From an uncultured candidate division Zixibacteria bacterium (GTDB lineage Bacteria; Zixibacteria; MSB-5A5; UBA10806; 4484-95), in assembly GCA_963668625.2 (NCBI GenBank), contig CAXXKA010000008.1, forward strand, positions 416,001 through 480,000: a stretch of DNA of 64,000 bases, in the 5' to 3' direction. The position numbers were made by a program, and so were the translations under genes. Under the pieces are notes generated by a model that saw only the letters and a list, made by a program, of their open reading frames with translations, was not told the origin of the DNA and ran no database searches. Below, in pieces: positions 58,660-64,000 of this stretch (position 1 is its first letter; each line of letters begins with the position of its first letter).

Positions 58660-58825
58660 CAGACCGAGTTTCCTGATTTCCAGGCGCTGCCTGGGAACCT
58701 TCTTGAGTCATGTAGACTGCGCATTCTGCCGGCAAACAAGCCGCGTCTGGTTCTAACTGATCGGGAGACGGTGCAGCAGATATCGGAAAATCCTTATCTT
58801 CAATACTTTCTTGGATTTTCATATG
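58660..58825. pseudogene. MITE A internal relic fused to an IS5/IS1182-type (DUF772) transposase fragment
   Basis: TTTCCAGGCGCTGCCTGGGAACC..GAGTCATGTAGA matches MITE A; plus-strand LVLTDRETVQQISENPYLQYFLGF matches the transposase N-terminal motif. Confidence 0.65.
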
Positions 58826-58923
58826 CCGAGCGGTGTGAAAATACTATTCTCAGCAGATAAGGTTTGTATCGTTGCTATCATGATGATTGCTACCATCACC
58901 ATCATTATCGTTTTCATCTTCAT
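58819..58923 (-). pseudogene. Truncated type-B array gene (signal peptide only)
   Basis: MKMKTIMMVMVAIIMIATIQTLSAENSIFTPLGI*; start essentially identical to 61325 and 63731. Confidence 0.85.
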
Positions 58924-58979
58924 TATTCCTCCCTTGAGAGGCGGGTAGATCAGGCAGTGCCTGACCTACCCTTACTATG

Positions 58980-60254
58980 TTACTTCAACAGTGTCATCTG
59001 CTTTGTCTCGGTGAAGGTGCCAGTGTCGATGGTGTAGAAATATACCCCACTTGCGGCATCTCTGGTATCCCAGGTTATGTTGTGATTGCCTGCGGGTAAT
59101 TGTCCCGGTGATAATGCCTCAACCAGCTGGCCTGTTATGTTGTAGATACGAATGTTAACCTCAGTCTCCTCGGGCAGGGCGAAACTGATATTCGTTTGAG
59201 CGTTGAACGGGTTGGGGTAGTTCTGAGAGAGGCTGTACTCCTGCGGCAATGGTTGCTCTGGAGCATCTACAGTGTAGAACAGATTAGCGAGGATGGCGTT
59301 AAGCATCTCGGCGCGCGTGTTCTGGCCCTCGTCGGTGAAGTAGGCAAAGCCGAAACCGTTGTACCAGTCGAAGCGGCCAGTTTCGCCAGCTTCAACAATA
59401 ATACCTCTTTTGCCGGGATAATAGGGAATACCTTCAAAAGCTGTTCGAATTATATCATCTCTAGGACTGTAATCATCATGAGGCGCAGGTTCATTATATT
59501 CTACAATTAAGCCCGAAGTACATCGATTATAGGAAACCCCAGCAATAGCACGATTAAGCAAAACAGGCCAAGATGGAAATGTATTAAAAATATTAAAGTA
59601 ATCATCATTGTTAAAATCACCGAAATTGATTACTTTTCCTCCGTTTTCAGCATAGGGGTATATTAAATCGAAATGGTTTTGTAATTGCTGTTCGGTTAGT
59701 CTTTGTTCTCCATACTGCCCATCGCAATCAATTACTACATCATAGCAGTTAAGCTCAAGCATATCGGGAAGTGAATTTGCAGTAGTGAAATTATAACCTA
59801 TTCTTGAACCTACTGCAATTAAGCTGTCAGCATTGTGGGAATCTATCTCGTCGATTACGAGTATGGCATTAACATCCGCACATTTACCAAGCGGTGTGAT
59901 ATTTTCATCACGCGGTTCGTACCTGCCGATGGGGATATTTCTATCCTCGTAGAACCTGTTAGGATACGAGGCTCTTATTTGTACTTGTCCTGGCCGCCAG
60001 ATTGTTGAATTGAAGAAATACCTGCCTTGCTGAGTATAACCTATTTTCATTAAATTATTCTCCGGGCTCCAGCAAACTACTTTTATACTGTCAGGTTGGC
60101 CATTGTTATCGTATCGACCATTGTCATCTACATTGATGATTACCTGCTGTGGGTTTCTTGATGGTGAAATGTGGTTCTGGGCTGATAATGGTATCAGCAA
60201 TGCCAGCATGAACACAACCACCGCCATTATCATCAATATCGTTTTGTTATTCAT
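58980..60254 (-). CDS. Array gene A1: secreted protein, GATase1-like central domain, T9SS/FlgD CTD
   Basis: Signal peptide, ~90-aa A-specific N-domain, ILVID...YDVVI...GGKVINFGDF, SQNYPNPFN...SGVYFY. Confidence 0.88.
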   Translation of the reverse strand: MNNKTILMIMAVVVFMLALLIPLSAQNHISPSRNPQQVIINVDDNGRYDNNGQPDSIKVVCWSPENNLMKIGYTQQGRYFFNSTIWRPGQVQIRASYPNRFYEDRNIPIGRYEPRDENITPLGKCADVNAILVIDEIDSHNADSLIAVGSRIGYNFTTANSLPDMLELNCYDVVIDCDGQYGEQRLTEQQLQNHFDLIYPYAENGGKVINFGDFNNDDYFNIFNTFPSWPVLLNRAIAGVSYNRCTSGLIVEYNEPAPHDDYSPRDDIIRTAFEGIPYYPGKRGIIVEAGETGRFDWYNGFGFAYFTDEGQNTRAEMLNAILANLFYTVDAPEQPLPQEYSLSQNYPNPFNAQTNISFALPEETEVNIRIYNITGQLVEALSPGQLPAGNHNITWDTRDAASGVYFYTIDTGTFTETKQMTLLK

Positions 60255-60311
60255 TATTCCTCCCTTGAGAGGGGGGGTAAGTCAGGCAGTGCCTGACCTA
60301 CCCTTACTATG

Positions 60312-61325
60312 TTACTTCAACAGTGTCATCTGCTTTGTCTCGGTGAAGGTGCCAGTGTCGATGGTGTAGAAATATACCCCACTTGCGGCATCTCTGGTAT
60401 CCCAGGTTACGTTATGATTGCCCGCGGGTAACAACCCCGGTGATAATGTCTCAACCAACTGGCCGGTGATGTTGTAAATGCGGATGCTGACCTCAGTCTC
60501 CTCTGGCAAAGCGAAACTGATATTTGTTTTAGCGTTGAATGGGTTGGGGTAGTTCTGGGAGAGTGAGTACTCCTGCGGCAATGGTTGCTCCGGCGCATCG
60601 ACAGTGTAGAACAGGTTTTTGAGGATGACGTTTAGCATCTCAGCGCGTGTGTTCTGCCCCTCATCGGTGAAGTAGGCAAAGCCGAAACCGTTGTACCAGT
60701 CGAAACGGCCAGTTTCGCCGACTTCAACTATAATCCCGCGTACACCTTGAATGAAAGGAGCTGGTTCAAATATTGCTGTATACCAGCCAGTAACTCTCGG
60801 CATGTAATCGTTGTGGGGAGCAGGTTCGTTGTACTCAACACTTATCCCAGCAGTTACATCATTGCAGCTTAATCCCACCATGGATGTATTGCACCCTAAG
60901 AATGGAATTGTAGTATAATCAAAAACGCCGATGTAATCATCATTTCTAAAATCACCGAAGTTAATGACTTTACCTCCAAGTTCAGCGTATGCATAAAGCA
61001 AATTAAAATGCTCTTGAAGTTGTTGTTCACTCATGAATGGTTCACCGTATTGCCTGGAGCCGTCAAAGTCTATTACAACATCGTAAATATCAAGCTCAAG
61101 CATATCAGGTAGAACATTTACGGTTGTTAAATTGTAATCTAACCTTGTTGCCACAGCAATTAAACTATCAGCGTTAGGAGAGTTGAGTTGGTCGATTACT
61201 AAGATTGAATCAACGTCAGCGCATTTGTTGAATGGCGTGAAACTACTATCCTCAGCAGATAAGGTTTGTATCGTTGCTATCATGATGATTGCTACCATCA
61301 CCATCATTATCGTTTTCATCTTCAT
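60312..61325 (-). CDS. Array gene B1: secreted paralogue with T9SS/FlgD CTD
   Basis: Same core and CTD, lacks the A N-domain. Confidence 0.88.
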   Translation of the reverse strand: MKMKTIMMVMVAIIMIATIQTLSAEDSSFTPFNKCADVDSILVIDQLNSPNADSLIAVATRLDYNLTTVNVLPDMLELDIYDVVIDFDGSRQYGEPFMSEQQLQEHFNLLYAYAELGGKVINFGDFRNDDYIGVFDYTTIPFLGCNTSMVGLSCNDVTAGISVEYNEPAPHNDYMPRVTGWYTAIFEPAPFIQGVRGIIVEVGETGRFDWYNGFGFAYFTDEGQNTRAEMLNVILKNLFYTVDAPEQPLPQEYSLSQNYPNPFNAKTNISFALPEETEVSIRIYNITGQLVETLSPGLLPAGNHNVTWDTRDAASGVYFYTIDTGTFTETKQMTLLK

Positions 61326-61383
61326 TATTCCTCCCTTGAGAGGCGGGTAGATCAGGCAGTACCTGACCTACTCTGTGACTATG

Positions 61384-62664
61384 TTACCTCAACAGTGTCA
61401 TCTGCTTTGTCTCGGTGAAAGCGCCGGTGTCGATAGTGTAGAAATACACACCACTGGCGGCATCGTTGGCATCCCAGGTTACGTTATGATTGCCTGCGGG
61501 TAACAACCCCGGTGATAGTGTCTCCACCAACTGGCCGGTTATGTTGTAGATGCGGATGCTGACCTCAGTCTCCTCTGGCAAAGCGAAACTGATATTTGTT
61601 TTAGCGTTGAATGGGTTGGGGTAGTTCTGGGAGAGTGAGTACTCCTGCGGCAATGGTTGCTCCGGAGCATCGACAGTATAGAACAGGTTAGCGAGGATGG
61701 CGTTTAGCATCTCGGCGCGGGTGTTCTGGCCCTCATCGGTGAAATAGGCAAAGCCGAAACCGGGATACCAATCAAATCGGCCTGTCTCGCCCGCCTCAAT
61801 TGCCATTGCTCGTGTTCCCTGCCTGAATGGCATAGGTTCGAAAATTGTAGTACTCCAGCCAGAGTAAGGCATATAATCATCATGCGGTGCAGGCTCGTTG
61901 TATGCTATACTCATTCCACCGGTAATAGGATTATTAATAAATCCATTCATAACTGAATTAATGCCAAGGAAGAAAGTATCCCAACAGCTAAATATATCCC
62001 AGTAATCATCATTTCTAAAGTCCCCGAAATTGATTATCTTTCCACCATTTTCAGCGTATTGGTATAGTAAATCGAAATGCTCTTGAAGCACTTCGTCACT
62101 CATGAAAGATTCGCCATATAGCCTGGAACCATCGAAATCAATAACAACATCGTAGTTCTCAAGCTCTAACGAGGAAGGAAGTTCATGTGTTTTACAAATC
62201 TCATATCCCTGACGTATGCCTATCTTAATCAAACTATCGGCGTTGTGTGAATAAGTTTGATCAATGACAAGTATTGTTCGTACATCAGCGCATTTGCTGA
62301 GAGGTGTTATATTTTCATCGCGTGGTTCGTATCTGCCAATGGGGATATTTTTATCATCGTAGAATCTGTTAGGATATGAGGCTCTTACCTGTACTTGCCC
62401 CGGCCGCCAGATTGTTGAATTGAAGAAATACCTACCTTGCTGAGTATAACCTATTTTCATTAAGTTGTTCTCAGGACTCCAGCACACTACTTTTACGCTG
62501 TCAGGTTGGCTATTGTTATCGTATCGGCCGTTGTCATCTACGTTTATGATTACCTGCTGTGGGTTTCTTGATGGTGAAATGTGGTTCTGGGCTGATAATG
62601 GTATCAGCAATGCCAGCATGAACACAACCACCGCCATTATCATCAATATCGTTTTGTTATTCAT
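61384..62664 (-). CDS. Array gene A2
   Basis: N-domain near-identical to A1, divergent core; ATG 62664 after GGGAGG. Confidence 0.88.
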   Translation of the reverse strand: MNNKTILMIMAVVVFMLALLIPLSAQNHISPSRNPQQVIINVDDNGRYDNNSQPDSVKVVCWSPENNLMKIGYTQQGRYFFNSTIWRPGQVQVRASYPNRFYDDKNIPIGRYEPRDENITPLSKCADVRTILVIDQTYSHNADSLIKIGIRQGYEICKTHELPSSLELENYDVVIDFDGSRLYGESFMSDEVLQEHFDLLYQYAENGGKIINFGDFRNDDYWDIFSCWDTFFLGINSVMNGFINNPITGGMSIAYNEPAPHDDYMPYSGWSTTIFEPMPFRQGTRAMAIEAGETGRFDWYPGFGFAYFTDEGQNTRAEMLNAILANLFYTVDAPEQPLPQEYSLSQNYPNPFNAKTNISFALPEETEVSIRIYNITGQLVETLSPGLLPAGNHNVTWDANDAASGVYFYTIDTGAFTETKQMTLLR

Positions 62665-62720
62665 TATTCCTCCCACGAGAGGGGGGTAAGTCAGGCAGTG
62701 CCTGACCTACCCTTACTATG

Positions 62721-63731
62721 TTACTTCAACAGTGTCATCTGCTTTGTCTCGATGAAAGCTCCGGTATCGATAGTGTAGAAATACACCCCGCTGGCGGCAT
62801 CGTTGGCATCCCAGGTTACGTTGTGATTGCCTGCGGGCAGCAATCCCGGTGATAGTGTCTCAACCAACTGGCCGGTGATGTTGTAAATGCGGATGCTGAC
62901 CTCAGTCTCCTCTGGCAACGCGAAACTGATATTTGTTTTAGCGTTGAAAGGATTGGGGTAGTTCTGGGAGAGGCTATATTCCTGTGGCAGTTCTTGTTCG
63001 GGCGCATCGACAGTGTAGAACAGGTTAGCGAGGATGGCGTTGAGTAGCTCCTCTCTGGTATTCTGTCCTTCATCAGTGAAGTAGGCAAAGCCGAAACCGT
63101 TGTACCAGTCGAAACGGCCAGTTTCGCCGATTACAACTGTAACACCTCTTTTACCGGGATAATAAGGAAGCCCCTCAAAAGCTGTTCGGCCATTATCATC
63201 TCTGGGCCAGTAATCACAATGAGGGGCAGGTTCATTATAATCTACAATGAGGCCTGAAGTACATCGATTATAGGAAACCCCGGCCATAGCATGATTAAGC
63301 ATAACAGGATCTGATGTAAAAGTGTAGAAGACATCAAAATAATCGTCATTCTCAAAATCACCGAAATTGATTACTTTGCCTCCATTTTCAGCGTATTGGT
63401 ATAGTAAATCGAAATGCTCTTGAAGTACTTCGTCGCTCATGAAAGATTCGCCATATTGCCTGGAGCCGTCAAAGTCTATTACAACATCGTAAATATCAAG
63501 CTCAAGCATATCAGGTAGAACATTTACGGTTGTTAAATTGTAATCTAACCTTGTTGCCACAGCAATTAAACTATCAGCGTTAGGAGAGTTGAGTTGGTCG
63601 ATTACTAAGATTGAATCAACGTCAGCGCATTTGTTGAATGGGGTGAAACTACTATCCTCAGCAGATAAGGTTTGTATCGTTGCTATCATGATGATTGCTA
63701 CCATCACCATCATTATCGTTTTCATCTTCAT
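62721..63731 (-). CDS. Array gene B2 (mosaic of B1-, A2- and A1-like segments)
   Basis: Segment-wise identity to different neighbours. Confidence 0.88.
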   Translation of the reverse strand: MKMKTIMMVMVAIIMIATIQTLSAEDSSFTPFNKCADVDSILVIDQLNSPNADSLIAVATRLDYNLTTVNVLPDMLELDIYDVVIDFDGSRQYGESFMSDEVLQEHFDLLYQYAENGGKVINFGDFENDDYFDVFYTFTSDPVMLNHAMAGVSYNRCTSGLIVDYNEPAPHCDYWPRDDNGRTAFEGLPYYPGKRGVTVVIGETGRFDWYNGFGFAYFTDEGQNTREELLNAILANLFYTVDAPEQELPQEYSLSQNYPNPFNAKTNISFALPEETEVSIRIYNITGQLVETLSPGLLPAGNHNVTWDANDAASGVYFYTIDTGAFIETKQMTLLK

Positions 63732-63789
63732 TATTCCTCCCTTGAGAGGCGGGTAGATCAGGCAGTACCTGACCTACTCTGTGACTATG

Positions 63790-64000
63790 TTACCTCAACA
63801 GTGTCATCTGCTTTGTCTCGGTGAAAGCGCCGGTGTCGATAGTGTAGAAATACACACCACTGGCGGCATCGTTGGCATCCCAGGTTACGTTGTGATTGCC
63901 TGCGGGCAGCAATCCCGGTGATAGTGTCTCAACCAACTGGCCGGTGATGTTGTAAATGCGGATGCTGACCTCAGTCTCCTCTGGCAGGGCGAAACTGATA
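63790..64000 (-). CDS. Next array gene, CTD only (continues beyond window; probably type A)
   Basis: ISFALPEETEVSIRIYNITGQLV...KQMTLLR*, ending like A2. Confidence 0.85.
   Translation of the reverse strand, partial: ISFALPEETEVSIRIYNITGQLVETLSPGLLPAGNHNVTWDANDAASGVYFYTIDTGAFTETKQMTLLR

Larger units (their letters stand above)
58924..63789 (-). repeat. Five conserved 56-58-bp intergenic spacers with a GTAG palindrome
   Basis: 58924-58979, 60255-60311, 61326-61383, 62665-62720, 63732-63789; coding strand GTAGGTCAGG(C/T)ACTGCCTGA(T/C)(C/T)TAC followed by GGGAGGAATA-ATG. Confidence 0.9.

Noticed and set aside
215-63088. Many short antisense or alternate-frame ORFs in the track (e.g. 215..673, 12901..13422, 24135..24629, 27627..28217, 42656..43144)
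   Set aside because: Shadows of well-supported genes with no independent motifs
58924-63789. Integron attC sites between array genes
   Set aside because: Spacers lack RYYYAAC...GTTRRRY ends, no intI is present, and the genes are paralogues rather than diverse cassettes
58980-64000. Diversity-generating retroelement behind the array variation
   Set aside because: No reverse transcriptase or non-coding template repeat in the window; A1/B2 differences include many synonymous and non-adenine changes plus indels

Overview
Chromosomal replication-origin region of a Gram-negative, probably anaerobic FCB-group bacterium. A Zixibacteria-like lineage is inferred from the many T9SS/FlgD-type C-terminal domain proteins and strong Shine-Dalgarno usage; this is not verified. 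Core genes: feoB/dtxR, dnaA divergent from dnaN-recF-coaX across a DnaA-box-rich spacer, and 20 kb away rpmH-rnpA-yidD-yidC...mnmE-mnmG-rsmG-parA-parB with two perfect parS sites. Accessory content: one intact IS4-family element (9-bp TSD) with non-autonomous MITEs sharing its ends, REP-like palindromes, a second small element found twice at the same REP loop position, and AT-rich islets (HTH-DUF5919-like, DUF4062, NTPase-TPR, transglutaminase-like). Most unusual: (1) a tandem array, at the right end and running off the window, of alternating A/B secreted paralogues whose central domain is a mosaic of shuffled hypervariable blocks, separated by conserved palindromic spacers; (2) an archaeal-type gatD; (3) a putative Zn-binding bL38/DUF4295-like ribosomal protein; (4) the rearranged, multi-cluster DnaA-box architecture. 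Two homopolymer frameshifts (methyltransferase, recF) may be sequencing errors. No tRNA, rRNA or CRISPR array was recognised.
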